The position numbers and the translations under genes are program-made. From Eledone cirrhosa (taxonomy: Eukaryota), in contig OZ024740.1 of the NCBI GenBank assembly GCA_964016885.1, forward strand, positions 418,810,001 through 418,874,000: a stretch of DNA of 64,000 nt. Direction: 5' to 3'. This document shows positions 1 through 14,291 of this stretch, one piece after another. Position 1 is the stretch's first letter; each line of letters begins with the position of its first letter. The notes below the pieces were generated by a model. The model did no database searches. It was given only the letters and a program-made list of their open reading frames with translations, and was not told where the DNA came from.

Positions 1-1355
1 TAGTAGTATATCTAAGACTATAGTAGTCTATCTAAGACTATAGTAGTATATCTAAGACTATAGTAGTACATCTAAGACTATAGTAGTATATCTAAGACTA
101 TAGTAGTACATCTAAGACTGTAGTAGTACATCTAAGACAATAGTTGTATATCTAAGACTGTAGTAGTATATCTAAGACTATAGTAGTATATCTAAGACTA
201 TAGTAGTATATCTAAGGCTATAGTAGTATATCTAAGGCTATAGTAGTATATCTAAGACTATAGTAGTATATCTAAGACTATAGTAGTATATCTAAGACTA
301 TAGTAGTATATCTAAGGCTATAGTAGTATATCTAAGGCTATAGTAGTATATCTAAGGCTATAGTAGTATATCTAAGGCTATAGTAGTATATCTAAGACTA
401 TAGTAGTATATTAAGACTATAGTAGTACATCTAAGACAATAGTAGTACATCTAAGGCTATAGTAGTATATCTATGACTATAGTAGTATATCTAAGACTAT
501 AGTAGTATATCTAAGACTATAGTAGTACATCTAAGGCTATAGTAGTATATCTAAGACTATAGTAGTATATCTAAGACTATAGTAGTACATCTAAGACTAT
601 AGTAGTATATCTAAGACTATAGTACTATATCTAAGACTATAGTAGTATATCTAAGGCTATAGTAGTATATCCAAGACTATAGTAGTATATCTAAGACTAT
701 AGTAGTATATCTAAGACTATAGTAGTACATCTAAGGCTATAGTAGTATATCTAAGACTATAGTAGTATATCTAAGACTATAGTAGTACATCTAAGACTAT
801 AGTAGTATATCTAAGACTATAGTAGTATATCTAAGACTATAGTAGTAAATCTAAGGCTATAGTAGTATATCTAAGACTATAGTAGTATATCTAAGACTAT
901 AGTAGTATATCTAAGACTATAGTAGTATATCTAAGGCTATAGTAGTATATCTAAGACTATAGTAGTATATCTAAGACTGTAGTAGTACATCTAAGACTAT
1001 AGTAGTATATCTAAGGCTATAGTAGTATATCTAAGACTATAGTAGTACATCTAAGACTATAGTAGTATATCTAAGATTATAGTAGTAAATCCAAGGCTAT
1101 AGTAGTACATCTAAGACTATAGTAGTATATCTAAGACTATAGTAGTAAATCTAAGACTATAGTAGTATATCTAATATTATAGTAGTATATCTAAGGCTAT
1201 ACTAGTATATCTAAGACTATAGTAGTACATCTAAGACTATAGTAGTATATCTAAGACTATAGTAGTATATCTAAGATTATAGTAGTATATCTAAGGCTAT
1301 ACTAGTATATCTAAGACTATAGTAGTATAATCTAAGGCTATACTAGTATATCTAA
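1..1355. repeat. 20-bp tandem minisatellite (TAGTAGTATATCTAAGACTA)n, runs off the window start
   Basis: Unit repeated directly with scattered point variants (aagact/aaggct, tata/taca). Confidence 0.97.
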
Positions 1356-1687
1356 TGTATTCTTCATCTTTAAGCTCGTCTATTGTTTCAATAATTCAGT
1401 TTCGATATCACTTTACTTATGTATATAATTCTCCTGTGAAATACATGGCATACTTATATTATTTCTCATTTAAAATAAAAGTGAGAGCTCCGGTTTGAGA
1501 AATCAATATTCTCTTTAATATCCTTTTTATTTATGTCAATGAAAATAATAAAACTGACACAGAAATAAGCAGGACAAAGAGAATGGTAATGTTAATACAG
1601 AAATACTTAGTGTTTAACACTTAAACAATATTTATCTATTTAGCTACTTAGCTATCAGACTGTCTGTCTGCCTGCTTGATATGTATG

Positions 1688-1746
<59 letters not shown>

Positions 1747-2129
1747 AAATATGTATGTATGTAGAATGCACATATATCTATTTTTTATGTACATAAATAA
1801 TCAGTTATGTATATATTGTCTGAATGTATATGTATGTGTATATCTAAATAGATATGTATATGTATGTGTATGTATGTCTAAATAGATATGTATATGTATG
1901 TGTATGTATGTCTAAATAAATATGTATATGTATGTGTATGTATGTCTAAATAGATATGTATATATATGTGTATGTATATCTAAATAGATATGTATATGTA
2001 TGTGTATGTATGTCTAAATAGATATGTATGTGTATGTATGTCTAAATAAATATGTATATGTATGTGTATGTATGTCTAAATAGATATGTATGTGTATGTA
2101 TGTCTACATAAATATGTATATGTATGTAT

Positions 2130-3683
2130 ATGAGAGTATTGAAGTTTACTTGAAGCATTGTGGAATAATAAGATATATTTTCTTTAGGTCATTTTGGAAG
2201 CCTCAACAATGCAGATGGGTAAATCTCCGGGTAACGAGATCCGGTGGTGAAGAGAGAGATGTAAGTGAATGTAGGTTGAGATGTATAGTGTGTAGAGGAA
2301 CGTAGGAAAGAGCGAAAAAAATAAAAATAATAACACGAGATAGAGTTATCTTGTGAGAGATTTAATTGTCCCTATATATTTCGGATTCACATCCATCAAC
2401 TGGCCGTTTTTCCGGGGGGGTTTGTCTGTCGGAAAGGTGCGAAACATGTCCTCCGCTGTTCCTTGTTTTGAATATCTGAGGTATTCAGCAGAGCGCTCGT
2501 GCACGTGAAATGGGGTCGGTCAAGTATAGGTCGGTAGCCGAAATAGTTCTTTTAATTGTGGGAGTGGGGTGGCGTTAGCTGTCAATCCATTGTATTATCT
2601 GCTCTGTTGAATAGTATGTGGTGGTGGTAGTATTCCCTGCCTGTTTGGTGAATGCTACTGTGTGTGTGTGCGTGTGTTGTTGTCTCGCTTGTGTGTGTGT
2701 GCGCGTGTTGTTGCTTCATTTGTTTATTTAAATCAACCACGTCATTTCGCTTCTCTCGCATCGGTTATTTATTTGTGGCCCTAGGCGTTTGATCCAAAGT
2801 GCTTCCTTGATTCGTAACGTGCCAACATTTCTTTCCGTCGCTAGAACTGTGACAATGGGCCTTCCGTCTTTGTTTCCGCATTTGGTTATGTGTTTCCAGA
2901 AAGACGAGGCTCTGGTGTTGATGTGCCCCTTGATCCGGATGTGTAGCGGCCGGATTGTGCTACCTATATAGCAGTGGTTGCACTTGTTACATTCTTCCTT
3001 ATACATGACATATGTGTGTAGGCAACAGTTCGTATGGCGCATCGGGCAGTTTCTGAGGGAGCACGCGCCAGTCAATTTTCCGGGTTTCATGGAGAGGCAT
3101 CTTCGCAGGGAGGGACCCGAATGGGCCAGGTGGATGTCGAGGCCCTCCCTCCGTATAGCCATGCGGATAGCGTTGGTGGTATTCTCGCCCAGGTGTGGTA
3201 TTTTAAGGAAGCACTTGCCTTGAGCGTTTCTCTGCCTCTTGCGTCTGGTGTCTCTTATTCTGTTTGTGAGTGAGGCAGGGTACCCGTTCGTCTCCAGCAC
3301 TTTGAGGAATCGCTTGGTATGGGTGACACCACTCGCGGGATTGCTGCATCTGTTTTTAATTTGCGTGATCTCATTCGTGATGTACCCTCTTTAAGCACTG
3401 TTAGAGAGGGCAAACTTGTAGTGGACGAACAGGTCCCTGCAGGCTGCCTTGCGGTAAAACCCCCCAGTTGATGGATGTGAATCCGAAATATAGGAACAAT
3501 TAAATCTCTCACAAGATAACTCTATCTCGTGTTATTATTTTTATTTTTTTCGCTCTTTCCTACGTTCCTCTACACACTATACATCTCAACCTACATTCAC
3601 TTACATCTCTCTCTTCACCACCGGATCTCGTTACCCGGAGATTTACCCATCTGCATTGTTGAGTCTTCCAAAACGACCTAAAG
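2130..3683 (-). mobile_element. 5'-truncated Penelope-like retroelement with an inverted terminal repeat
   Basis: GIY-YIG ORF at 2728-3300; 2182-2403 is the reverse complement of 3464-3683, the inverted pseudo-LTR layout typical of Penelope-like elements. Confidence 0.85.
2728..3300 (-). pseudogene. Penelope GIY-YIG endonuclease fragment
   Basis: VMYKEECNKCNHCYIGSTIRPLHIRIKGH...KEALWIKRLGPQIN, preceded by a Cys-rich linker (CSLRNCPM). Confidence 0.88.
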
Positions 3684-4393
3684 TATATGTATGTGTATGT
3701 ATGTCTAAATAGATATGTATATGTATGTGTATGTATGTCTAAATAGATATGTATAGGTATGTGTATGTATGTCTAAATAGATATGTATATGTATGTGTAT
3801 GTATGTCTAAATAGATATGTATATGTATGTGTATGTATGTCTAAATAGATATGTATATGTATGTGTATGTATGTCTAAATAGATATGTATGTGTATGTAT
3901 GTCTAAATAGATATGTATATGTATGTGTATGTATGTCTAAATAGATATGTATGTGTATGTATGTCTAAATAGATATGTATATGTATGTGTATGTATGTCT
4001 AAATAGATATGTATGTGTATGTATGTCTAAATAGATATGTATATGTATGTATATGTATGTCTAAATAGATATGTATGTGTATGTATGTCTAAATAGATAT
4101 GTATATGTATGTGTATGTATGTCTAAATAGATATGTATGTGTATGTATGTCTAAATAGATATGTATAGGTATGTGTATGTATGTCTAAATAGATATGTAT
4201 GTGTATGTATGTCTAAATAGATATGTATGTGTATGTATGTCTAAATAGATATGTATGTGTATGTGTATGTATGTCTAAATAGATATGTATAGGTATGTCT
4301 AAATAAATATGTGTATGTATGTCTAAATAAATATGTATATGTATGTGTGTATATGTATATATGTATGAAAAATTGGATGCACAATGGTAGTGG

Positions 4394-4436
<43 letters not shown>

Positions 4437-4483
4437 AGTTAAGATAAGTATATTTACTTTTTTATGTGGATGTGTAGTTTTTA

Positions 4484-4925
4484 GTGTGTGTGTGTCTGTG
4501 GATATGTGTGTGTGTCTGTGAATATGTGTATGGTCAGTGCGTGCATATGTGTGCATGCACATGTGTGTGTGCATATGTCTGTGTGTGCATGTGCATATGT
4601 GTGCACATGTCTGTGTGTGCATATGTGTGCATGCACATGTATGTGTGCATGCACATGTATGTGTGCATATGTCTGTATGTGCATATGTGTGTGCATATGT
4701 CTGTGTTTGCATATGTGTGTGTGGACAAGCGTGTGCAAATGTCTGTGTGTGCATATGTCTGTGTGTGCATATGTCTGTGTGTGCATATGTCTGTGTGTGC
4801 ATATGTGTGCATATGTGTGTGTGTGCATATGTGTGTGTGTGCATATATGTCTGTGTGTGCATATGTGTGTATGTGCATATATGTCTGTGTGTGCATATAT
4901 GTCTGTGTGTGCATATGTGTGTGCA
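4484..4925. repeat. Degenerate (TG)n/GCATATGT compound microsatellite
   Basis: Direct reading; accounts for the low-complexity ORFs in several frames. Confidence 0.92.
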
Positions 4926-5050
4926 GATTATTGTGTAAGAGGTAATATGAATATAGTTTATTTCACAAAATATCTTAATATCCATTTGATAAAAGTGATC
5001 TTTTAAAACCTGTCAATTACATCTATAGTTTATTACACTAGCCACAGCCA

Positions 5051-8000
5051 TTATATTTACCATATATACTGTGTCTTGTATTTACCATATACACTGTGTC
5101 TTGTATTTACCATATACACTGTGTCTTGTATTTACCATATACACTGTGTCTTGTATTTACCATATATACTGTGTCTTGTATTTACCATATACACTGTGTC
5201 TTATATTTACCATATATACTGTGTCTTGTATTTACCATATACACTGTGTCTTGTATTTACCATATATACTGTGTCTTGTATTTACCATATATACTGTGTC
5301 TTGTATTTACCATATATACTGTGTCTTATATTTACCATATATACTGTGTCTTGTATTTACCATATACACTGTGTCTTATATTTACCATATATACTGTGTC
5401 TTGTATTTACCATATACACTGTGTCTTATATTTACCATATATACTGTGTCTTGTATTTACCATATACACTGTGTCTTATATTTACCATATATACTGTGTC
5501 TTGTATTTACCATATACACTGTGTCTTATATTTACCATATACACTGTGTCTTGTATTTACCATATATACTGTGTCTTGTATTTACCATATATACTGTGTC
5601 TTGTATTTACCATATATACTGTGTCTTATATTTACCATATATACTGTGTCTTGTATTTACCATATACACTGTGTCTTGTATTTACCATATACACTGTGTC
5701 TTGTATTTACCATATACACTGTGTCTTGTATTTACCATATATACTGTGTCTTGTATTTACCATATACACTGTGTCTTATATTTACCATATATACTGTGTC
5801 TTGTATTTACCATATACACTGTGTCTTGTATTTACCATATATACTGTGTCTTGTATTTACCATATATACTGTGTCTTGTATTTACCATATATACTGTGTC
5901 TTATATTTACCATATATACTGTGTCTTGTATTTACCATATACACTGTGTCTTATATTTACCATATATACTGTGTCTTGTATTTACCATATACACTGTGTC
6001 TTATATTTACCATATATACTGTGTCTTGTATTTACCATATACACTGTGTCTTATATTTACCATATATACTGTGTCTTGTATTTACCATATACACTGTGTC
6101 TTATATTTACCATATACACTGTGTCTTGTATTTACCATATATACTGTGTCTTGTATTTACCATATATACTGTGTCTTGTATTTACCATATATACTGTGTC
6201 TTATATTTACCATATATACTGTGTCTTGTATTTACCATATACACTGTGTCTTATATTTACCATATATACTGTGTCTTGTATTTACCATATATACTGTGTC
6301 TTATATTTACCATATATACTGTGTCTTGTATTTACCATATACACTGTGTCTTGTATTTACCATATATACTGTGTCTTGTATTTACCATATATACTGTGTC
6401 TTGTATTTACCATATATACTGTGTCTTATATTTACCATATATACTGTGTCTTGTATTTACCATATACACTGTGTCTTATATTTACCATATATACTGTGTC
6501 TTGTATTTACCATATACACTGTGTCTTATATTTACCATATATACTGTGTCTTGTATTTACCATATACACTGTGTCTTATATTTACCATATATACTGTGTC
6601 TTATATTTACCATATATACTGTGTCTTGTATTTACCATATACACTGTGTCTTATATTTACCATATATACTGTGTCTTGTATTTACCATATACACTGTGTC
6701 TTGTATTTACCATATATACTGTGTCTTGTATTTACCATATATACTGTGTCTTGTATTTACCATATATACTGTGTCTTGTATTTACCATATACACTGTGTC
6801 TTGTATTTACCATATACACTGTGTCTTGTATTTACCATATATACTGTGTCTTGTATTTACCATATACACTGTGTCTTGTATTTACCATATACACTGTGTC
6901 TTGTATTTACCATATACACTGTGTCTTGTATTTACCATATATACTGTGTCTTGTATTTACCATATACACTGTGTCTTGTATTTACCATATACACTGTGTC
7001 TTGTATTTACCATATATACTGTGTCTTGTATTTACCATATACACTGTGTCTTGTATTTACCATATATACTGTGTCTTGTATTTACCATATACACTGTGTC
7101 TTGTATTTACCATATACACTGTGTCTTGTATTTACCATATATACTGTGTCTTGTATTTACCATATACACTGTGTCTTGTATTTACCATATATACTGTGTC
7201 TTGTATTTACCATATACACTGTGTCTTGTATTTACCATATACACTGTGTCTTGTATTTACCATATATACTCTGACTTATATTTACCATATACACTGTGTC
7301 TTGTATTTACCATATACACTGTGTCTTGTATTTACCATATACACTGTGTCTTGTATTTACCATATATACTGTGACTTGTATTTACCATATATACTGTGTC
7401 TTGTATTTACCATATATACTGTGACTTATATTTACCATATACACTGTGTCTTGTATTTACCATATATACTGTGACTTGTATTTACCATATACACTGTGTC
7501 TTGTATTTACCATATATACTGTGACTTATATTTACCATATACACTGTGTCTTGTATTTACCATATACACTGTGTCTTGTATTTACCATATACACTGTGTC
7601 TTGTATTTACCATATACACTGTGTCTTGTATTTACCATATATACTGTGACTTATATTTACCATATACACTGTGTCTTGTATTTACCATATACACTGTGAC
7701 TTATATTTACCATATATACTGTGACTTATATTTACCATATACACTGTGTCTTGTATTTACCATATACACTGTGACTTATATTTACCATATACACTGTGTC
7801 TTGTATTTACCATATACACTGTGACTTATATTTACCATATACACTGTGACTTATATTTACCATATACACTGTGACTTATATTTACCATATATACTGTGTC
7901 TTGTATTTGCCATATATACTGTGTCTTGTATTTGCCATATATACACTGTATTATATATTTACCATATATACTGTGTCTTGTATTTACCATATACACTGTG

Positions 8001-8350
8001 ACTTATATTTACCATATATACTGTGTCTTGTATTGCCATATATACACTGTATTATATATTTACCATATATACTGTGTCTTGTATTTACCATATACACTGT
8101 GACTTATATTTACCATATATACTGTGTCTTGTATTTACTATATACACTGTGACTTATATTTGCCATATATACTGTGTCTTGTATTTGCCATATATACACT
8201 GTATTATATATTTACCATATATACTGTGTCTTGTATTTACCATATACACTGTGACTTATATTTGCCATATATACTATGTCTTGTATTTGCCATATATACA
8301 CTGTATTATATATTTACCATATATACTGTGTCTTGTATTTACCATATACT
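5051..8350. repeat. 25-bp tandem satellite (ACTGTGTCTTGTATTTACCATATAY)n, ~3.3 kb
   Basis: Highly homogeneous 25-bp unit. GTGAC and TTGCC variants and a longer unit accumulate toward the right end. Confidence 0.97.
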
Positions 8351-9400
8351 ATCAGAGAGATAAAATCTGATTGTAACCAGAGAACTACAGAGAAATAAAA
8401 TCAGAGTATATAGAGGAGCCAGAACCAAATGGGAAAAAATGGTAAATAATGATACAAATGGGACCTGCCCCTTGTATAAGAGCAAATTTTGGAATAGAAT
8501 AGAAAGAACTAGGAATAAGGTTAATAGAATAAACTCATGGTATGATAGCAATAAATACCAGAGTGTAATGTTCATCAATACAACCCCTAGAGGTGAATTA
8601 GCTTACAAATTTAGAAGGGCCCTAGATAAACCTAAACTTAATATTAAGATAGTAGAAAGACCAGGTACCTCCATAAAAACACTTATTAGCAATACATACC
8701 CTTTTCAAAGACCCCCTGTATAGATAAGAAATGTATAATCTGTAAATTAAGCCCCCATATTAACTGTAAAACTAGAAACATAGTATATAGCATAAGATGT
8801 ACTGAAGGACAATGTAAAGATAAGAATATAGTGTACATAGGTGAGACAGCTCGTAGTATAGGAGAACGGATAAATGAACACTGGCAAGAGCTTCAAGATA
8901 GAAAAGAATCATCAATACTCCACCAACATGCTAAAATAGAACATAAGGGCAAATTAGAGAACATAGAAATAAAAATAGAATCTACACACAGAAAAGACGC
9001 AATGTTTAGACAAATCACAGAGGCAATAAACATAAATGAACTCCAACCAAAATTAAATAGAAAACATGAGTGGAACAGCAACATCACAACTTACAATTAA
9101 GGACAAAATGAAAACACACACACACATAGAACAAACAACCCACCAGTAACATGTAAATAAACAAATAAATAAACAAATAAAAATACACACAGACACCCGG
9201 ATGTAACACATGCGCAAACTAAGCACACAACACACACAAAAACAAGATGGCGTAGGACAGAACAAAGGAGAGGCACAAAACAAAGAAAAGAATCCCCAGT
9301 CACTGAAGCGGTCACAGAATGTGTGACGAAAGAACTTTGACAATATATGAACAACCGTCCGGTTGTGGAACCAACCAACCGGAAATTAAAAAAAAAAATT
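8349..9400 (+). mobile_element. 5'-truncated Penelope-like element (RT C-terminus, Cys linker, GIY-YIG), frameshifted
   Basis: PLYKSKFWNRIER...SVMFINTTPRGELA, then CIDKKCIIC...IVYSIRC...VYIGETARSIGERINEH...RQITEAINI; hammerhead-like motif downstream at 9299-9341. Confidence 0.85.
9299..9341 (+). ncRNA. Degenerate type-I hammerhead ribozyme in the Penelope 3' region
   Basis: GTCA-CTGAAGC-G-GTCACA-GAATG-TGTGAC-GAAA-GAACTT-TGAC: stems I and II pair; the core has C in place of the last A of CTGANGA. Confidence 0.55.
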
Positions 9401-9550
9401 TTTTGAAAATTTTTTAATTTATAATAAATTGGAGTGAAAGCAACTGGTGCGTGTGTTTCTTATTGGCAACATGACCCTCCCAAAGTATAACAATATCGGT
9501 TTCAACACACGTTTTCAGATAAAGAATCTTGGTAAACAAATTCAGAAACG

Positions 9551-9602
<52 letters not shown>

Positions 9603-9606
<4 letters not shown>

Positions 9607-9809
9607 CGAAGGAAATGTGGTAAGGAACCAGGTGGACCATAACGCACCAAAGTACTCAATACTTGGGGTAGTAGAGTGGGTAATAGGAACCAGTAAGACC
9701 CCGACAGCTGAGCTCAAGCCGTTTCGACGGCTAATTCTGGACTAGCCGTCGGCTAATTTAGAATTAGCCGTCGAAACGGCTTGAGCTCAGCTGTCGGGTC
9801 TTACTGGTT

Positions 9810-9811
<2 letters not shown>
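9603..9811. mobile_element. ~200-bp hairpin-ended mini-element inserted in (TA)n
   Basis: 9687-9738 and 9760-9811 are inverted repeats. Related copies occur at 25919-26122 (opposite orientation) and 21983-22068 (partial), all between TA runs. Confidence 0.7.
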
Positions 9812-9854
<43 letters not shown>

Positions 9855-9922
9855 ATATATGTATATCTATATATATATCTATATATATACACACATACTA
9901 TATATATACATACATACTGGTT

Positions 9923-10011
<89 letters not shown>

Positions 10012-11419
10012 CTATATATATATCTATATATATACACACATATATACACATACATATATATACACACATTTCTTTTATTTTCAGGTTTAAATGTCAAAAC
10101 AAGACTTCTATTTTATTAGAAAAATCTAGATTTTCAATTACATAAAAATAATGAAGAATTTAATATTTAGTCAAACATAGAAAAAGAAAATTGTATTGGA
10201 AAGGACTATAAATGCTATAAATGAGAGTGGTGTTTCAGCTGCGCCCCACAGACAAAATGGCAAAGGAATTGTTGTGGACAATAGCCAGCAACACCCACTG
10301 CAACAGCCACCCCACCATGTGAGGCTCCTTCCTCAGGCATGCTATTGTCATTCCAATTTTACAGAGGTGGTCAGCTGAGGATGCCTGAGGTCTTGACAGT
10401 GACTAAGAGGAAGAAGCTGGACAAGCCCTGGTATTTGCTTATCTTCCTGTCCTCTGCATTGTGGGCTGCATTACTGGGGTTTATGGCAGAAGTGACTAGG
10501 TTGGAGGGGAAGAACATCTAACAGTAGGTCAAACATATATATATACATATATATAGTAGGTTCTGATCTAGTGATCTTAGTTATCAAAGGAAGAATTCAA
10601 TATTTATAATGGAGTAAATATATATGTTCATTGTTTTCCTTTTCCTGCAGCATAGCTACAATGTTTAATCATCTTGATTGTATGCCCAGCTTCCATAGAC
10701 TCCCACTTTGCTGAAACATTGCAGTAATGTTGTAAGAAAATAAATAAACCAACTTATATATTCAAGGTTTGATGATACAAAAAAGTATAACAATAATAAA
10801 TAAAAGATTCTTAAATGAAGAATTAGCTGTATTGAAATATGAACAGAATATTAATACTACTCAGTGAATTAAGGAATAAAATGAATAGAAATTGTCTTTA
10901 GTAGTTGTCACAAGAGTTTTGGAGTCTCTAAGTGTGTGAATGTTCTTTTGTGCATTGCTGTTTCCATTTTAGAATTTAAAGTTAAAGAAATTATTCAGCT
11001 TTCTATATAGATTTATTTCTGTTCTACCAAATAAAAATGAAGTTGATATAAAGAACATTTTAAGATATTTCAACAACCATTAAAATACTTAAATAAAAAT
11101 ACAGTATTCCAAACATTTCATGTTGAAAACTTTGGTCGTTGATGTGTCAACCCTTTTAATACCAAACCCACCCAAAACTGGTCCTGGTTCTATAAAAGGA
11201 ATCAACCATTTTAAAGCATTATTATTTAAATAAAAATCTTCCAACATAATTTTATCCTTCACAGAAACACTTTCTCCATTCTGTCTGCTGGGACCATGAG
11301 GCAGTTTGCACCTGGGGTTTTGTACACCTGAGAGTGTTCCCATACACTGTCCTAGCTTATCTCATTAGTGTAGTGAGGATTGAGTATTCTTTCTCATATC
11401 TTTGTTATATTTAGACTCT

Positions 11420-11630
11420 ATTGGCAGTATCAGTAGAGCATCAGATAACATGCTTTGTGGCATATAGCTACAGCCCTTTACATTCTGAGTTCTAATCCTG
11501 TCGAGGTTAGCTTTGCCTTTCATCTTTACGGGGTCGATAAAATAAAGTACCAGTAATGTACTGGAGTTGATTTAATTGACTTTCCCCTCCCTCCAAAATT
11601 GATGGCCTTGTGCCTAAATTAGAAACCATT
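11420..11630 (+). mobile_element. tRNA-derived SINE, family A
   Basis: TGGCAGTATC.GTAGA head, GAGTTC(A/T)AATCC B-box, GCCTTTCATCCTTACGGGGTCGATAAAATAAAGTACCAG body; about 11 copies in the window. Confidence 0.75.
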
Positions 11631-11851
11631 ATTTACTTTCATCAATAATTTAGTTATTTCACATAAAAACCAGACATTAAATTGCATTTTTTGGTAATGA
11701 AATAATTAATAATTTTAGAAGATCCCTAAAATCTAAAATTAATACTTAATTTGTCCCCAAATGGTTAAGTAAAGAGGACATTGGAACAATTGCAAATCAT
11801 TTGAAAGGTATATATTGTGAAGAATTACGAGTTTTACATTATTCTTTGAAA

Positions 11852-12035
11852 TAATTGTTTCTACTTTTTGTCACAAGGCCAGCAATTACCCAGTGCATTA
11901 CTGGTACTTTATTTTATCGACCCCATAAGGATGAAAGGCAAAGTTAACTTTGGCGGGATTTAAACTCAGAATGGCAAGGGCCGTAACTCTATGCGTCAAA
12001 GCATGGCGTCCGACCCTCTACCGATACTGCCAATC
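11852..12035 (-). mobile_element. SINE family A
   Basis: Reverse complement of the family A consensus. Confidence 0.8.
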
Positions 12036-12394
12036 TACCGTTGAAATAATAATGCTTTTAGTAAGGAAAATGTATTAAGTTGGACAACTGTATGTGACAA
12101 GTGGTATAGGTATGTAACAAGATTGGACAGACTCTCTAAGACAATTCTCCAAGGAACAGTGTGGGGGAAGAGAAGGCAGGGCTGACAGAGGAAGCGGTGC
12201 ACAGATATAGCTGAGTGGACAGGAAAGAACTTTGCCACAACCCAAGCACTCGCCCGTGACTGTCACAGATGGAAGTAGTTGGTGCAGTGTTCAACACTAC
12301 AGTGCCTCAACAACCCTCAAAAGGGTTAAGAGACCACCATGATGATAATGATGATATGACAAGTATAGGTACACAACATTATGCATTATGAAGA

Positions 12395-12572
12395 TGGCAG
12401 TATCGGTAGAGAGTCGGGTGCCATGCTTTGCAGCATAGTTACGTCCCTTTACGATCTGAGTTCAAATCCCGCCGAAGTTAACTTTGCCTTTCATCCTTAC
12501 GGGGTCGATAAAATAAAGTACCAGTAATGTACTGGGTAATTGCTGGCCTTGTGCCAAAAAGTATAAACAATT
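12395..12572 (+). mobile_element. SINE family A
   Basis: Full head, B-box GAGTTCAAATCCCG, and body. Confidence 0.8.
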
Positions 12573-13052
12573 ATGAAGATGGGGATTTATAAACAAGTGT
12601 TTTCTTTATTAAACTATTGCAGATCATACAATTTTTAAAAAGATTATATATTGATTATCCGAGAATCAAGAACTCAAAGCTGTACGGGAGCTTCCCAAAA
12701 GTCAGCTTGAAAATGACACAGAGGAGACTGAGGTTAGTTGGACATGTTCACTAACATTCAGAGTTGACACTGTACTCAATGGTCCTTTGGGACCCCCTAC
12801 ACAGACACACTGCAAGAGCGAGATCGACGATGACATATATTGATGCCTTAAAGACAGATACTGGTCTCTGGAAGATGCAGGACATAGTAGCGATGATGTA
12901 GGACAAACACCACCGGAGATAACTCAATCATGGATCTCAGGAATTTTACCTGCCCTAGATAGCTAGATTGGGGATTCCCTTCTCTTCAATATTTATACTT
13001 GTAAATCATGAGATGGAAACAGATTTGCTATTTAGTAAATTAATAAACTTAC

Positions 13053-13121
13053 CTGCACCAGTGAGTTCGGCAATTACTTTTGATATACCATCTGCTACGA
13101 TAACGTTGTAGCTTACCATTG
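13053..13121 (-). CDS. SLC38A11: SLC38A11-like amino-acid transporter exon, (S)MVSYNVIVADGISKVIAELTGA
   Basis: ttctgacAG acceptor, G|GTAAGT donor, 69 bp, phase 1-1; resembles the AMISYNIIAGDTLSKV region of SLC38A11 (recalled, not searched). Confidence 0.85.
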
Positions 13122-13384
13122 CTGTCAGAATATTAAATAAACAAAAATGTAATTTTAATAACTGTTAATTGTAAAAGAAAAAACAAAACGAAATGTAAAT
13201 CATATAAAACTTATAAATGACCAAACAAACTATTGACCTTTCACACTCATCAGTTCATTTCAATCTCTTCAACCCAGACAAGTCTTAACTGTATCTCTAC
13301 CACCTACCACCAACCACCTATGATCACAGCCAAACTATACACTTCAGAGCTAGCTTCTATCCTCATTAAAATCCATTCAAACTT

Positions 13385-13420
<36 letters not shown>

Positions 13421-13485
13421 CTGTATATATCATCATCATCGTTTATATATATATATATACACACGAACACACACACAACACACAT

Positions 13486-13529
<44 letters not shown>

Positions 13530-13604
13530 ACAAGTTTGGTAGAAATATCTGAATTCATCAGATAAAATGGATGTAGGTTAATACTAAACTAACTAGGCAG
13601 TAAA

Positions 13605-13812
13605 TTGATAGTGGTGTTAGAACTTCAGACAGAATGCTTTGTGGTATTTGTTCTGTCTTTCTGCTCTCTCAGGTTAAATCCCACCAAAGTCAACTTTGTC
13701 TTTCATCCTTACGGGGTCAATAAAATAAAGTGTCACTAATGCACTGGGGTTGATTTAATCAACTTCCCCCTCCGTTAAAATTGTTGACCTTGTGCCTAAA
13801 TCAGAAACTATT
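13605..13812 (+). mobile_element. Older diverged SINE family A copy
   Basis: CTTTCATCCTTACGGGGTCAATAAAATAAAG body and CCTTGTGCCTAAA tail. Confidence 0.65.
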
Positions 13813-13936
13813 ATTTATTAATGAATGCCTGGCATGACATCAAATACTTCCATCTTCACAGATATATTTAACTGTTTCACAGTGTTAAATATGATTGGAA
13901 ATATATTGATCTATGTAATTATTATTATGCTTATAT

Positions 13937-14268
13937 ACACGAGGGTTGGCTGAGAAGTTCATAGTCTGACCAAGATACTCTCATGGAATGACCAAATGAG
14001 GTTTATTTTCAACATATGAGGGTCGGCTGAAAAGTTCATAGTCTGACCAAGATACTCTCATGGAATGACCAAATGAGGTTTATTTTCAATATACGAGGAT
14101 CAACTGAGAAGTTCATAGTCTGACCAGGATACTCTCATGGAATGACCAAATGAGATTTATTTTTCAACATAGTCTCTGGAAAGTAACAATGCAGTTATTA
14201 TTAAGAAGAGTTGAAATCAATGCATGCAAGATTTCACAGCCCTATGAACTTTTCAGCCAACCCTCATA
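13937..14268. mobile_element. Tc1/mariner-type MITE with the left end tandemly triplicated (~78-bp units)
   Basis: TIR (T)ACGAGGGTTGGCTGA.AAGTTCATAG at ~13937, ~14015 and ~14091, matching CTATGAACTTTTCAGCCAACCCTCATA at 14242-14268. Confidence 0.7.
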
Positions 14269-14291
14269 ACAATTTCTAATTTTATGTTATA

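Larger units (their letters stand above)
1680..4350. repeat. (TA/TG) microsatellite and ~28-34-bp minisatellite (GTATGTATGTCTAAATAGATATGTATATGTATGT), interrupted by a Penelope insertion
   Basis: Same unit at ~1830-2130 and 3684-4340, on both sides of the 2130-3683 insertion. Confidence 0.9.

Noticed and set aside
1560-1620. Minus-strand VLTLPFSL resembling the next SLC38A11 exon (TLPLSL)
   Set aside because: In-frame stop a few codons upstream and no suitable splice sites.
5071-7474. Three 730-790-aa ORFs
   Set aside because: Artefact of a stop-free 25-bp tandem repeat read in all three frames.
10600-11810. Plus-strand acceptor-like sites (TTTTCCTGCAG, TTTTAG) suggesting an antisense gene
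   Set aside because: No consistent open exons could be assembled.
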